DNA of 64,000 nt from the human T2T-CHM13v2.0 reference genome, Homo sapiens: NCBI RefSeq assembly GCF_009914755.1, contig NC_060947.1; one strand, 5' to 3'. Position 1 is the stretch's first letter. Each line of letters opens with the position of its first letter. Under the pieces are notes generated by a model. That model did not search any database and was not told where the DNA came from. It worked only from the letters and a program-made list of their open reading frames with translations. Shown here one piece after another: positions 1-14,235 of this stretch. The position numbers and the translations under genes are program-made.

Positions 1-103
1 TTGCTCTCCGGAAAAATTATTTACCTCTGGGCTGTTGCCTGAAAAAATCTTGAGTGTCCCAGGTTCAGGGAAAGGAAGCAGCATTAGTGCAGCCTGAAGG
101 TAT

Positions 104-116
104 TGCCCTCTCGTGG
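104..116 (-). promoter_or_regulatory. CTCF-like core motif (candidate)
   Basis: Minus strand reads CCACGAGAGGGCA, close to the CTCF core CCACNAGRKGGCR. Motif match only. Confidence 0.3.
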
Positions 117-298
117 TGGCTTCTTTAATAACAACGTCATGTGGTGCTGCTAATCTAAACCATTTTTTGGAGAATATTTACTTTTAAAAGACTAAACTTT
201 TAAATTCTAATAGGATTTTCTGATTGACATTATTATTTAAGCGTTCTTTTTTATTTCATCATGATTAAATTATAAACTCAGGTCACTGCTTTCAAGTA

Positions 299-632
299 CA
301 GTCCTCCCATGTTAACTGTGTGGGGTTTGTTCCAGGACCCCAGTGGATACCAAAACACTTGGATGCTCAAGTCCCTGATATAAAATGGAATAGTATTTGC
401 ATATAGTCTACACACCTCCCCTTGTATATTTTATATCATATCCAGATTACTTCTAATATCTAATATAATTTAAGTGCTATATAAATAGTTGTTTATATTG
501 TATTGATTTTTGTTTGTATTACTTTGTGTTGTCATATCGTTGTATTCTTAATTTCTATTTCTTTCCAAGTATTTTGTCTCTGCTGTTGGTTGAATCTACA
601 GATGTGGAAACCATGAATACAGAGGGCAACCG
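299..632 (+). mobile_element. MER2 (TcMar-Tigger DNA transposon)
   Basis: cagtcctccc...gttccaggacccc...ggatgctcaagtccctgatataaaatgg...gagggcaaccg, flanked by TA on both sides. Confidence 0.85.
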
Positions 633-1439
633 TATATAATTCCTGTCTCCTGATTGAAACAATTTGGGGTCCTCTCCTTCTTTGCCCTTATTAAAAGCCA
701 AACCAATCAAACATTTGTTACAATGAATCTCAAGTCACTGGTTTGCTTTTCTTTCTGTTTTGCATGACATGACACCATTTTGGGGGTGAATTAAACATTA
801 TAACTTTCTTCTTGGCATTTTTATCTTTTCTCCTCATGCTTATTATTTGTTTTGTTTTCTTTTTACTCTGGGATATACATCTATGTGAACCTCTTTTGAA
901 ATGAATTTCAAAATCCATTGGGACAAGGTAGTTCAATTATTAAAGTAGAAGAAATTTTCTGTTCTGGTTACTTTTGTGGCATAGTCATGGTCTAAATCTC
1001 AATTTCCAGAAAGAAACAGATACATACAAGTGCAAGTTTCTGGGAAGTTACATTTGTTGCCGATTCAAGATAATGAAGCAAAATTAGAAAGATGCTTATT
1101 AAATGATGGTATTATGGCTCTGAACATAACCTAAGCATGTAATTCAAGTGGACATTTCAGTTTCTTGGAAGTGAGTTTCATGTGTGTAAGCAACTGGAAA
1201 TTTCCTCCTCCTGTTATTCAGGCTCTTGAGGGCCAGACTTGAAGAAAATGACATTTGCATAGGGACTTAGGACATCATAATCTGTCATCTTGTTACCATG
1301 TTTTGCCTACCTTAATTTTTCTCATTACTTCAGCTGAAATCTTTACAAAACTCATTGCCACTTCATTTAGTCTTAAAACTTGAGATATTGATGGAGACTG
1401 TTTATCAGCTGCTGTATTCTGCATTAGAGATGGGTCTAT

Positions 1440-1980
1440 TCAAAAGGACATGTAAACAAGAGATCCAACACACAAGAAGGCATCTAAAAAATCTTCAAGG
1501 TGACAGAGACTGGTGATAGAAATTCCTTAGACAGCCACTATATAGCAGGCCTAGGGAACAACCAGAATTACAGGACGAGATGAAAAGGCTCTGGGTGAGA
1601 GGTCTTCAGAGGAGCGATAAGAAGATACAAAATGTGTTGGAATGTATTGAGAGGATATTTATATAATCAAGGAAGGGTGTTGGTGGAGCTGAAAAATGTA
1701 TAATACATGAAAGTCAAGACAACCATTAACTGAAAAGAAAAAAAAAGATCCAGCCTTCTCCAGGGAAGGAAACATAACCAAAAAGTAGACTATAAGTTTG
1801 TGTTGAGACTAGCTTTTAGCACAGTTGAGATAACATAAACAGTGAGCTGATTTATGATACAATAATGATGTAATATAACTAACGTTGAAGATAAGCAGAA
1901 TTATGCTTATATGTAAGGATGTGGTGCTGAGTAAGTGAAAGAAAGTTGAATCCTTCTCTTCCGTAAGAGGAAGTCATTAG
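1440..1980 (+). mobile_element. Highly diverged old LINE-1/HAL1-like fragment
   Basis: gcaggcctagggaacaaccag and atgtattgagagg resemble ancient L1M/HAL1 sequence; weak match. Confidence 0.3.
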
Positions 1981-1988
1981 ATAACACT

Positions 1989-2560
1989 TGCATTAGGCAG
2001 AGTCCAATCAGGAGACGGAAAAACCCTGTATTTAAGCAAAGAGAATTTAGCATAATTTTTTACTAGTTTATGAAGTTGTTAGCCATGTAATTAACTGAAA
2101 GAGTCAAAAGCAAATTGTGTGATATCATGGAAGTAGAAAATAGAGGATGTAGCTATCCCCGTGGAGCCGATGAAACAAAAGGAAGAGGCTGAATGATTAA
2201 AACTTCAATGCTTTGAGGAGAGTGCCTTAACTGAAACTCAGCCCTCTGAAGAAGAGGGCATCTCTGCTAGTGGTGGTATTCATGAACTCAATGTAGGCTT
2301 TGTGGCAGCTGTGAAAGTGGACCAATCAAATCTCCCTTGAAGAGAGTACTTACTAATGGGAGCACTGTTAGCTGGCAGGCCCTTGCTTGAGACATCTTCA
2401 GTAGAAAGTAGAATCAGACTAAGATGCAGCTCTGAGAAAGTCCTAGCCTGCCCCACAGAGGGCTTTAGTGCAAAGGGTGCTCATAGAGGGGTCCTGCGCT
2501 GGTCAGAAATCATGAATTCTTGTACTGCTGTCATGTTCAATCATTGGCTGGGGACTTCTC
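1989..2560 (-). mobile_element. Old ERVL-class LTR fragments
   Basis: tgcattaggcagagtccaatcaggagac start and gcagctctgagaaagt...tcattggctgggg resemble LTR16/LTR41-type LTRs. Confidence 0.35.
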
Positions 2561-2599
2561 AGTAATTCCACATCCTACAGCATTACATTATAGTACCTT

Positions 2600-2960
2600 T
2601 CCAGATGTTGAGTACACAAGTGGATATATGCATCTGGTGTTCATGGGAGGAATGTGAAGTGAAGATAGAAATGTGGTAGTTGTCAGCACATGGATGATGT
2701 TTAGCATCATGGGACTGGGCTTAGATATAGAAGAGAGATGAGTATTGAGCTCTTAGATGGAACAACCATATATGAGGGAAATCAGGACAGCATGATTTCA
2801 GCAAGCCAAGGGAAAAATGGAGTGGTCCACTCTGTCGAATGGTGGTAAGAGGTGGCATTACAAAAAGGAAAATAAATGATCAATGAGTCAGCTGAGAAGG
2901 GATTGAAGGAGAATATAGACAATTCATTGCAGAAAATTTGCTGTAAAGATAATTAATTGG
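2600..2960 (-). mobile_element. L2 fragment
   Basis: gtggatatatgcatctggtgttca...gttgtcagcacatggatgatgtttagcatcatgggactgg matches antisense L2. Confidence 0.6.
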
Positions 2961-2994
2961 GAGACCCCTGAAGAGGGACATGAGGCCAAAGATA

Positions 2995-3292
<298 letters not shown>

Positions 3293-3334
3293 TAAGAAGA
3301 GAGGCTCTGGATCTCTGGGAGACTGAGCACAGCA

Positions 3335-4425
3335 CAAAATCAAACAGCAGCCTACAGAATAAAAAAGAAAATTAGAAAACCATACATTTCACAAGGGATT
3401 CATATAAAAAATTATGAGGAACATAACTCAATAGGAGAAAAACAATGTGATTTAAAAATGGCCAAAGGACGTGAATAGACATTTATCAAAAGAAGACAAA
3501 AATGGCCAACAGGTATATGAGAAGGTGCTCAACCTTATTAATAATCAGGTAATTGCAAATCAAAACCAATATGAGATATACCTCACACTCATTATGATGG
3601 TTATTATCAACAGGTCAAGAGATATGTTGGCGAGGGTGTGGAGAAAAGGACCCTTACACACTTTCGATAGGAATATAGATTAGTGCAGCCAGTGTGGAAA
3701 ACAGTATTGCATTTCCTAAAGAAATTTAAAATAGCGCTACAGTATGATCTGACAATTCCTCTTTTGGGCATATATCATGAGGAAATGAAATTACCAGTTC
3801 ATAAAAATATCTGCACCCCCATATGTTCATTCCAGCATCATTTACAATGGAAAAATGAAGGAAAAAACCTAAGTGCCCACTGACAGATGAATAGATAAAG
3901 AAACTGTGGTATGTAAATAATGGAATATTATTCAGCCTTTAAAAAGGAGATCCTGCCATTTGCCACAACACAGATGAAACTGTAGGACATTATGCTCAGT
4001 TAAATAAGCCAGACGCAGAAAGAAAAAATATTGCATGATATCGCTTATATGTGGAATCTAAAAGAGCAAAATATAAAAAGATAGAGGGTAAAACAGCGGT
4101 TGCCAGGGGTAGGGGTGGGGATGGAGGTGGGACTAAATGAGGAGAGGTAGGTCAGAGCTTGCAAAGTAGCAGATAAGTAGGATGAACAAGTCTAGAGATC
4201 TAATGTACAATATGAGAACTATAGCTTTAAAAAAATTGTATTGTATTGGGTTTCCTGTTAAATGAGTAGCTTTTAGCTGCTCTTGCTACAAAATCAACAA
4301 CAAAGAAAATGGGTAACTATGTGAGATGATGGACATGTTAATTTGCTTCACTATAGTAACCATTTTACTATCTGTTAATATATCTATGCCATAACTTATG
4401 CCATAAATACACACAATAAAATTTA
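3335..4425 (+). mobile_element. L1MA (MA9/10-like) ORF2 end and 3' UTR
   Basis: Degenerate ORF2 C-terminus (MNRHLSKED; QPVWKTV...TIPLLGIY) and L1MA 3' UTR (gatgaacaagtctagagatctaatgtaca). Confidence 0.9.
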
Positions 4426-4539
4426 CTTTTTTAAGGAAAATGATCCTAGAACAAGAGAACAAACTTGGATGCTGATTGGAATGGTCTAGCAGGAGGGATA
4501 AATATGTGATACACAAGAGAGAAAAAGATAGTTGCAAAG

Positions 4540-4668
4540 GAGCCATGTGTGGTGGCCCTTGCCTATGATCTCAGCAATTTGTGATGCTGAGGCAGAGGAA
4601 TCACTTGAGCACAGGAGTTTAAGACCAGCCTGGATGACAAGGTGAGATCCCATCTCTTAAAAAATAAT
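4540..4668 (+). mobile_element. FLAM / free left Alu monomer
   Basis: gctgaggcagaggaatcacttgagcacaggagtttaagaccagcctgg followed by an A-rich end. Confidence 0.8.
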
Positions 4669-4765
4669 AGTGGCAAGACGGTACCCTTGAGTTAGTAGCA
4701 GTGTATAAGTGGAACGGTTATTCTCATTTGGGGTAAGAAACTCTTTCACTATAACAGACAAGTCA

Positions 4766-5221
<456 letters not shown>

Positions 5222-5284
5222 TCATCTAGGGAAATCTAGAAAATTGCAGAACTGTTCAAGTGTACCTGTTTTGCATTGTCTTTC

Positions 5285-5415
5285 GAAGATCATTTTACAA
5301 AGGTGAAATTGAAATTTGGAAGGTCAAATGCCTTATCCAAGATCAAACAGCTCCGCAATAGCTGGATTTCCCCTCAAATTCAGGTCCCTTGACTCTTATT
5401 CCAGAGCTCTTTCTG
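5285..5415 (-). mobile_element. MIR fragment
   Basis: cattttacaaaggtgaaattga...ccaagatcaaacagct resembles the MIR core. Confidence 0.6.
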
Positions 5416-5929
5416 ATCAAACATTTCTGTGTATTTCACTTGTGTTTTCAAAATGGTATTTTCTTTCCAAATGCTCAAGCTTCTGCTTAAAATATATCTT
5501 TTGATGTGGAGGAGGACTTCTCCCAATGCACTGCTCTTAAGCATGGGCAGTCTTGCAAAAACAAGAAATTCTTCTCCAAGGAGTGGTTCTGTAAGCAGAA
5601 ACTCAATAACTTGACTTTCAAATGCATTGCAAACACAAAGTAGCCCATAGACATTGGAATTAGAATGCATTCTGAAACAGATGAGTGGGCTGAGATATTT
5701 TATGGGTGGTGAGTTTGACAGTTATTGATTACTACTAAATCATGTATGAAGGACAACAGGAAGTAAGATAAAAAATTCAAATATATGAAATTTCAAATAT
5801 ATTCACTGCCTCACCATTATTCTGTGTGTTGAAAAGATATGTTCTAAAAATGCCGGGTAATGCATGTAATATAGTCCACACTGGGCTTGCAGTGATTCAG
5901 AGGAATAGAGTAGGTGAATATATTTTAGT

Positions 5930-6095
5930 GTGACAAAAGACCTTAGAAATTACGTAATACTCTATCCTTATTTAACATTGAGATTTATGAAGTCCACAAA
6001 ATTTATGAACATTAAGGAATGTCACAAAAGCTAATTAAGAAATGAGCTAGAGCTAAAAACCCAAGTTCTGTACTCTTATTTCAGTGTTCTTAGCA
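5930..6095 (-). mobile_element. MIR fragment
   Basis: aagaccttagaaatt...tcacaaaagctaatta...gagctagagctaaaaacccaagttct. Confidence 0.45.
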
Positions 6096-6234
6096 CAACG
6101 TGCAATGTTTTGGAAAAAAAATGAAATGCATGTTTCGCTACCTGTATGTATGTGTGTGCATATGTATGTAGTTCAGAGGCTATGAATACCAGGGTGTTGT
6201 GCTGACAACATTGTTTGAATGACTGTTTTGTACA

Positions 6235-6820
6235 ATGTTAGCTGTGCTATTGAGAGTGGAATACTTACCCTCTCTGAGCGTTGGGTTTCTCATCCATAAG
6301 TTGGGGTTGGTCATTAATATGGTTTGGCTCTGTGTCCCCATCCAAATCTCACCTTAAATTGTAATCCCTGTGTGTCGAGAGAGGAGCCTCGTGGGAGGTG
6401 ATTGTATCATGGGGAGCCTCGTGGGAGGTGATTGTATCATGGGGGTGGTTTCCCCGATTCTGTTCTGTTGATAGTGAGTGAGTTCTCATAAGATCTGATG
6501 GCTTTATAAGTGTTTGACAGTTCCTCCTTCACACACTCGCTTTCTTTCTCCTGCTGCCTTGTGAAAAAGATGCTTGCTTCCTCTTCCCCTTCGGCCATGA
6601 TTGTAAGTTTCCTGAGGCCTCCCCAGCCATGTGGAACTCTGAGTCAATTAAACCTCTTTTCTTTATAAATTTCCCAGTCTCAGGCAGTTCTTTATTCCAC
6701 TGTGAAAATGGACTAATACAGTTATATCTAATTTGTAGGCTTGCTGCAAAAATGAAATGAGATTATGTAAAGGCTTCTAGATCGTTATGGGCAGATTTTA
6801 GTGTGCTCAGTAAATGTTTG
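6235..6820 (+). mobile_element. MIR split by a THE1 LTR
   Basis: MIR core (ctctctgagcgttgggtttctcatccataa) at 6235-6314 resumes at 6721 (gttatatctaatttgtagg...aaatgagattatgtaaag...gtgctcagtaaatg). Confidence 0.6.
6315..6720 (+). mobile_element. THE1 (C/D-like) MaLR solo LTR
   Basis: taatatggtttggctctgtgtcccc ... attaaacctcttttctttataaat ... ggactaataca; 5-bp TSD gtcat/gttat. Confidence 0.93.
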
Positions 6821-8109
6821 TACCATTTTTTTTCTTTTCCTTTTTCTATTTTGTGTTGAAAGGATGGAGTGGGCAAGAGTAATCAGATGTATAGTGTATA
6901 ATGAAGCAGACATTCTGTTCCTTTTGTCACGGGTATGTCTGCGGAAAGGTTTTTTTTTTTTTTTTTTTTTTTCCTTTTTTTCTTTAAAGGCAGATTCTCC
7001 TAACGAGTAGAAAAATCTACTAATTTTTTATTTCCTCTCTTAGTAGATATCCAGCCAATGAGAGAAATATCTGAGGGAGCAAATACCTGAAAGTGTAGCA
7101 GAGAACATGAATGACCTCTTCATAACAAGAAGTAAATTGCAATACTGATTGACCATGAAAATCAGGTGAAAAACTTAAAAGATAATATTCCTGGCATCAA
7201 CTTCAAGAAGTATGGAATTGCTATCTCTGGGGTTGGGGCCAAGGAATCTGTACATAATCTTCAGTTATTCTGGAGAAAGTGTGCTTCTTATGCAGCAAAT
7301 AGACATGTAAATGTGCTTACTGATGGCCAACTTTGCTTGGGTAAAGACTGTTGAATTCAGTTTATTTCACAAGTTGTAAAGTGTTCAGAAGCCTATGGGC
7401 AGCAAATTACAAGTCCTCTGACTTCTTTCTCATTTGCAAACTAAAGAATTTCAAAAAATGGCACACAGTGATTTTTTCCCAATTTTCTTAAAGCAGAAAT
7501 ACTGTGTTCTTTTCAAGACAAACTAAGAGTAATTAATATATTCCCTGAATATTGCATTCGAATGAATGACATTTTATCATAATGTGCTAACTTGAATACT
7601 TGGTATTCAATACTTGAATCAAACTAATTCTTCAGATGCAATTATTCTTTTTTAAAAGCTCATTTATTTCACAAATACTTTTTATTTGTAAAATAAATTT
7701 ATTTGTAAAATACTTTTTATTTGTAAAATAAATTTATTACAAATACTTGTAACATTTATGTTACAATGTTCAGACACATACATATAGTAACCACTTGATT
7801 GAAATTAAAGTGAAGGTTAATAAATAATGGGGAATTTAGACTTAGAATGAAGATTTTTTTTCCTGAATTATATTCAGGGAAAGCCTGAAAAGTCAAGGCA
7901 AATGTGTAAGATTCTAGTCCCTCAACTCCTCTCCTCTCCCCAATGTTAGCCTATTTTATTAGCCTCTTCCCAGCTTCATTTCCATATCTTTTCTGTCTGG
8001 ACCCCATGTTTGATTGCTTTACATTTCCTGGAACACCTTTAATTCTCTCGTCTTTTTGTCCTACTGACCACCTTCTGGAAGAATCTGATATTGACTGAAT
8101 ACTTTTGAC

Positions 8110-8655
8110 TAGTCACGTAATTGAATATCTTAGTTTTGAAATATATTTTAAAACTTTTCTCCTTAGTCTGAAGATATAGCCTTGAAATGTACTTTAGAAA
8201 TATTTTTCCTCCCTCTAGGCACTCCCTTGCACTGTGACCCTATGACCAACATGTGCATGCTTAACTAACTATATGTTTGATTAGTAATTCTAGGAGCTAA
8301 TCTTGAAACAAGCCAGGCATGGAGACCCAGCTGCAGAACTCTCCTTCATCTAGAGATTACCTCAAGGTGGTTCATCGACAATGCATCTGCAGTCGAGATG
8401 GTGCCAGCTGGTACTGCACGATAACTCAAGAGAGCAATCAGAACAAGACATGCAGACCAGTACTCTGCACCACTCTCATATGTTTTTCATACCAAACTTC
8501 CCTTTTTAAACCCCTTCAATCAGTCTAAAAATTTGGAGGCTTGAGCCAAGCCATCTCCTCATCTGTTAGCATTTAAATAAAGCTGCTTTTCTTCAGCCAC
8601 ACCTCACCTCTTGTGTATTGGGCTTTTTGAGCAGTGAGAAGCTAGACATTCATCT
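8110..8655 (+). mobile_element. ERV solo LTR (MER-type, family uncertain)
   Basis: LTR-like layout with tttaaacc TATA-like element, aataaagctgc poly-A signal and U5-like tail; resembles MER77/MER39-class LTRs. Confidence 0.5.
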
Positions 8656-9139
8656 TAAACTTTCTCATGCACCTGCATTTATTTCTAGCTATTACCTTTC
8701 CCTTCACCTTAGCATCAGTACAAAAGATCTTGAAAAAACAGACTACCGGAAACACAATGTGATGAAATGGAAAAAAAAAAAAAGCATAAATTTTAGATCC
8801 AGAAAGGGAGACAGAGAGAGAAAAAAATCCTTCTATTAGAAGGATAGGAAATAGACTCATGTTTGTGAATGTAAGCAAGACTTTCTCAATAAGAAAATTG
8901 GTTTGGCTCTAGTACTTCCTAAGTAAATGACATTGTGTATATTTCTTAACATTTTTGGGCTGTTTTTTTCCATTTCTGTTAAGTGCTGTTAGCAATATAT
9001 CTCGCAAATCTATTATGAACGTATATTCAATGGGATGGGGGGCATGTTTCAGTCACTTGATACGTGAGATTTACCATTTTTAGCACCTACATGCTAAGTA
9101 TAATATCGCTTCTTCCTTAACTGTACTTAAATTGTTCTT

Positions 9140-9670
9140 AAGAAGGCCATCCATAATTGCTAATTGTCAATGACAATGACTTGTTTTTATTCCTCATTTA
9201 ACTTGACCTCTCTGCGGCATTTGACACTGTTGATTCCCTTTTCCTTCAAAAAAATTTCCCTTCAGTTTTCATATGTGGTGCTATTTTTTGTTTTCCTCTT
9301 ATCACTCAGTATACTTTTTAATTAACTTTGCTGGTTATTTCTCACTGCAAATTCCTTAACGTTTGGAGTTTCCCAGGATTCATCACCAGGTTCTCTCATC
9401 ATCTATATATATTCTTCCTGGATTATCCTAACTGCTCTCATTGTTATCACCAACAAAGTAATAGCTCTTCAAACACCAGCTCATACATTCTACTAAGTAA
9501 TCCGACCGCCTACTTTACATCTTCAAGATCTCTTGACTTAATATGTCTAAAACAGAAAAGATTATCTTCTCTACCAAATATGATCTGCTGCTATATTAAC
9601 AGTGTCATTATCCATTTAGTCTCATGAGCTACAAACCTCAGACTAAACTTAGTTTTATTGTCTTCTACTT
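9140..9670 (+). mobile_element. L2 fragment
   Basis: acttgacctctctgcggcatttgacactgttga is the L2 RT region (LDLSAAFDTVD). Confidence 0.65.
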
Positions 9671-9976
9671 GACATGCCACACAATATGAAAGTAGAGACT
9701 TTCCCTCCTAATTTTCAGTGTTATTTTCTTTAAGACCTATAGAATATATAAAAGTTTAGATAGCAAATTATATAAATGTGAAAAGAAATGGAAAAATAGA
9801 AATGGTCAAATAGGAAGCAATAGAGTTATATTTTATACTATATGTATCCATACATATTAAATTTTTATACATGAATTAAAGTTTTAAAACTAAAATATTA
9901 ACCATTAAGCACCTAAAAGAATACATAAGCACAAATTTATTTGATCTTAAGATACAGAAGGAATTTCTAAGCATAA

Positions 9977-10297
<321 letters not shown>

Positions 10298-10358
10298 CTA
10301 AAATTTTAATTTAAGCTTTTAAAACTATTATTTGTGATAATCACTAAAGAAAAATTAA

Positions 10359-10698
<340 letters not shown>

Positions 10699-10904
10699 TT
10701 AAAAGTGGAAATATTTTATACCTGTAAGACAGATATATGGTTAATATCCTTAATTATTAAAATAAATCCATTCAATCTACATATCTAAAGATCTAAAAAT
10801 GAATACATCATTGGAAAACATGAGATAAAGATCTGGGATAAAATTAGACATTTAAGTAAGTAACAAATATAGGAAAATTATTTATTTCGCTAGTTATGCA
10901 AGAT

Positions 10905-11335
10905 ATTGCTAGCTGTTTACCAACACGCATTTCCCTCTTTTTCTTGAGCACAAAGGTAGCTTACATTCCCAGTATCCTCCAAAGTTAAGTATGGCTATGT
11001 AACTGAGTTCTTTTCTATGGAATGTGAGCAGAAAATGATGTTTCTCCTTTTAAGTCAGTAGCAGTCTTTTATCAGTGTCAACATCCAGTTTACCTGTATA
11101 TGTTTTACTTTGTTTCAATTTATTTTAGCCCATGAACACCTTTTCTTTTATAATCTTTTCTCTTTATGTCTGATTGGTATGGCAAAATCCAGGATAAATT
11201 TATAAGCTATGCATTCAAGACGCCAGGTCCTTGAAACCATACATAAAGAACATGTATGCAGTGACTAGGAACCACATTCTGTGCTATTTCGTGAATGAAA
11301 AATTAACTTCCATTATCTTTGAAACATTATACATT
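10905..11335 (+). mobile_element. MLT1 (old MaLR) LTR
   Basis: tacattcccag...tggctatgtaactgagttct...tggaatgtgagcagaaaatgatg is typical of MLT1H-K. Confidence 0.55.
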
Positions 11336-11584
11336 GTCAGTTCTACCCTTTTTCCCTGAAGTCTAAAGGATGGAATTATATGCGATTACTGAGCATTATT
11401 TTTTGAGAAATATAAGGATATTATCAAAATAACAATGCTTACAAATCTCAAATTCCTAAATCTTCATGGAAAACACTAAATTAAAAAATAATACCAGATT
11501 TATAGGACTAAAGATTAGTAGAATTTTTGCCAAAATATGAATAATGCTTATCTTTTTGGATGGTAGGATGGGGTGGTTTTCTTA

Positions 11585-11663
11585 TTAGACTGGTCCAAAA
11601 GTAATTGTGGGTTCTGCCATTAAAAGTAATTGCAAAAACCGCAATTTTTTTGAACCAACCTAA
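11585..11663. mobile_element. MADE1 (Hsmar1-derived MITE)
   Basis: ttagactggtccaaaagtaattgtgggttctgccattaaaagtaattgcaaaaaccgcaatttttttgaaccaacctaa; about 80 bp and quasi-palindromic. Confidence 0.9.
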
Positions 11664-12045
11664 CATTTTACTCCTCTGCATTTTTTTAAGTTGTTTAAAA
11701 TCAGCATATTATTAAAATGAATGCAGAAGCATTTAAACCATGTGCATTAATTCATTGAAATTTCTGAACAGAAGAGAGATAATCAACTTTTGTATCCGAA
11801 GCATACTGCATTTCCTCACTTGAGAGAAAATATTTAAAAACAAAGTAGAAAGCCAAAATATCAGTTCGACATCTGATATTTGCAGAAGTAAATAGCAAAT
11901 GGTGAATATACTGTATTTGTGCAAACATTTCATCATTTGGACTGTTGTTTGAAAATTTCTGAGTGTTTTGTTTATAGACATACTAAGATAGTTATTCATG
12001 TCTTTCTTTGGTGAACTAAATGTTTAATAAATTTTAGACTCAGTG

Positions 12046-12420
<375 letters not shown>

Positions 12421-13200
12421 CTATGTCTGCAAAATGAAAGGAAATGTTTAGAAGGAAAGATGGGAAACAGAGTGAAAGCCATCTAACTGAATTCCAATAA
12501 CAATCTACACCATTAGTTAACTCAGACTATTGGTATACTGTCCTCCTGGAAATTCATGGGACCTAAGCATGTTTCAAAATAATGTCTTTCAGCATAACTA
12601 CTTCATCTAAGATTAGAGTATGCAATAAATTTGTCACATTTATTGAAGTTTCAGTTCTCTCCAACACCAACAGGCATTTCTTTGAAATATACAATGGCCT
12701 ATGATAATGACCTAATCAGTGATGCTGTATCATCATAGCAAAGGGATAAACGTATCTGCTTCTGTTTCTAACATACATGCTGTCCACTGTAGGTAGAGAC
12801 CACTTTGCTATGAAGGGCAACATAATACAGGAAACACTCCAGTGAGGTTGAAAAATATTCCCCCTGCTTCAGATGTAAAAGTTTGTGCCCCCATCTGATC
12901 TGAAGACTTAGAGATAGTGTATGCTGATTCTGTAAGAGAAAGTACCATTTCGTCAAATGAGGAGATTCAAAGTTCTTCAAAAGAACATCCAGAAACTCAT
13001 GTAAGCACTCTTATTACCTAGTATCAAATGACTTTGACTTTTCACACAACAGTGTAATCCAGAATTTATATAATTCATCTTGTATTCAACACCTATTTAT
13101 TTTGGTTGTGCTATGTTTCTCTACTGGTTACCCCAAATATGGCACTTTAAGACTAAAATCCCTTTCAAAAAGTGAAATACTAAACCAACACAAAAAGTAA

Positions 13201-13632
13201 TGATGTGGTTTAGATCTGTGTCCCCATTAAATCTTATGTTGAATTGTAATCCCCAGTATTAGAGGTGTGGCCTTGTAAGGAGGTGATTGTATCATGGGAG
13301 TGAATTTCTCATGAATGGTTTAGCACAACTCCCTTGGTGCTGTTCTTATGACAGTGAGTGACTTCTCACAAGATCTGGCTGTTTAAAAGTGTGTGGCACC
13401 TCCCCACACACCCCTTTCTCTCTCCCTCTTGCTCCTGGTTTCACCATGTGACATGCCTACTTTCCATTTGCCCTCCACCATAATTGCCAGCTTCCTGAGG
13501 CCTCCTCAGAAGCAGATGCCACTATACATCCTATACAGCCTGCAGAACTGTGAGCAAATTAAACTTATTAACTTTAATAAATTACTCTGTAACAGGTATT
13601 TCTTTATAGCACTGTAAGAACAGCCTAATACA
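13201..13632 (+). mobile_element. MSTA-like MaLR solo LTR
   Basis: tgatgtggtttagatctgtgtcccc...ctcatgaatggtttagcac...cagcctaataca; TSD agtaa/agtag. Confidence 0.92.
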
Positions 13633-13974
13633 AGTAGTAAGTGGCATTTTAATTAAGTACACATTCAAAGTTCAAATTGATAATATACAATTATTAGAAA
13701 GTCAACCAGTAAAAGCAGTGATGCTATTGTGATACATACCAAAATCCTAAATCCAAACCTATCACCAAATGGGTGATGGGAGCAGTCTTCTATCACTGTC
13801 AGCCTCCATTTTATTTGTGTATATTTTACTTTTCTCAAAATTATTTACATAGTCCTCATTCACACAAATAAGTTGTAACAAATGTTAACAGCATTTTAAC
13901 AATTATCTGGAAATATCAGTTGAATTGATTTTAAACTTAAAGTTTTCAAAGCTAAATCTCTAACAATTTAAAGA

Positions 13975-14235
13975 GAGTACATGATAGTCATTAAAAGCAT
14001 GGTGATTTTAGCAGAAAGGTTAAGTGGATTTAAACCCAACCCTACTCTATTATTTACTGTCTCTACAATCAGAGGCAATCCAATTAACTTTCCCAAGTCT
14101 CATTTTTTTTTCAGCAGCAACACAGAAATGAAAATAATATATGCCTTATGGTGCTGTAAAGATGTAATGACTAATTCATTTAAAATACTGAGGATAGTGC
14201 TTGATATATAATAAACCCTAGATAAATAATATCAT
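13975..14235 (+). mobile_element. MIR (near full length, diverged)
   Basis: tRNA-like head, core and 3' region (gatagtgcttgatatataataaacccta). Confidence 0.6.
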
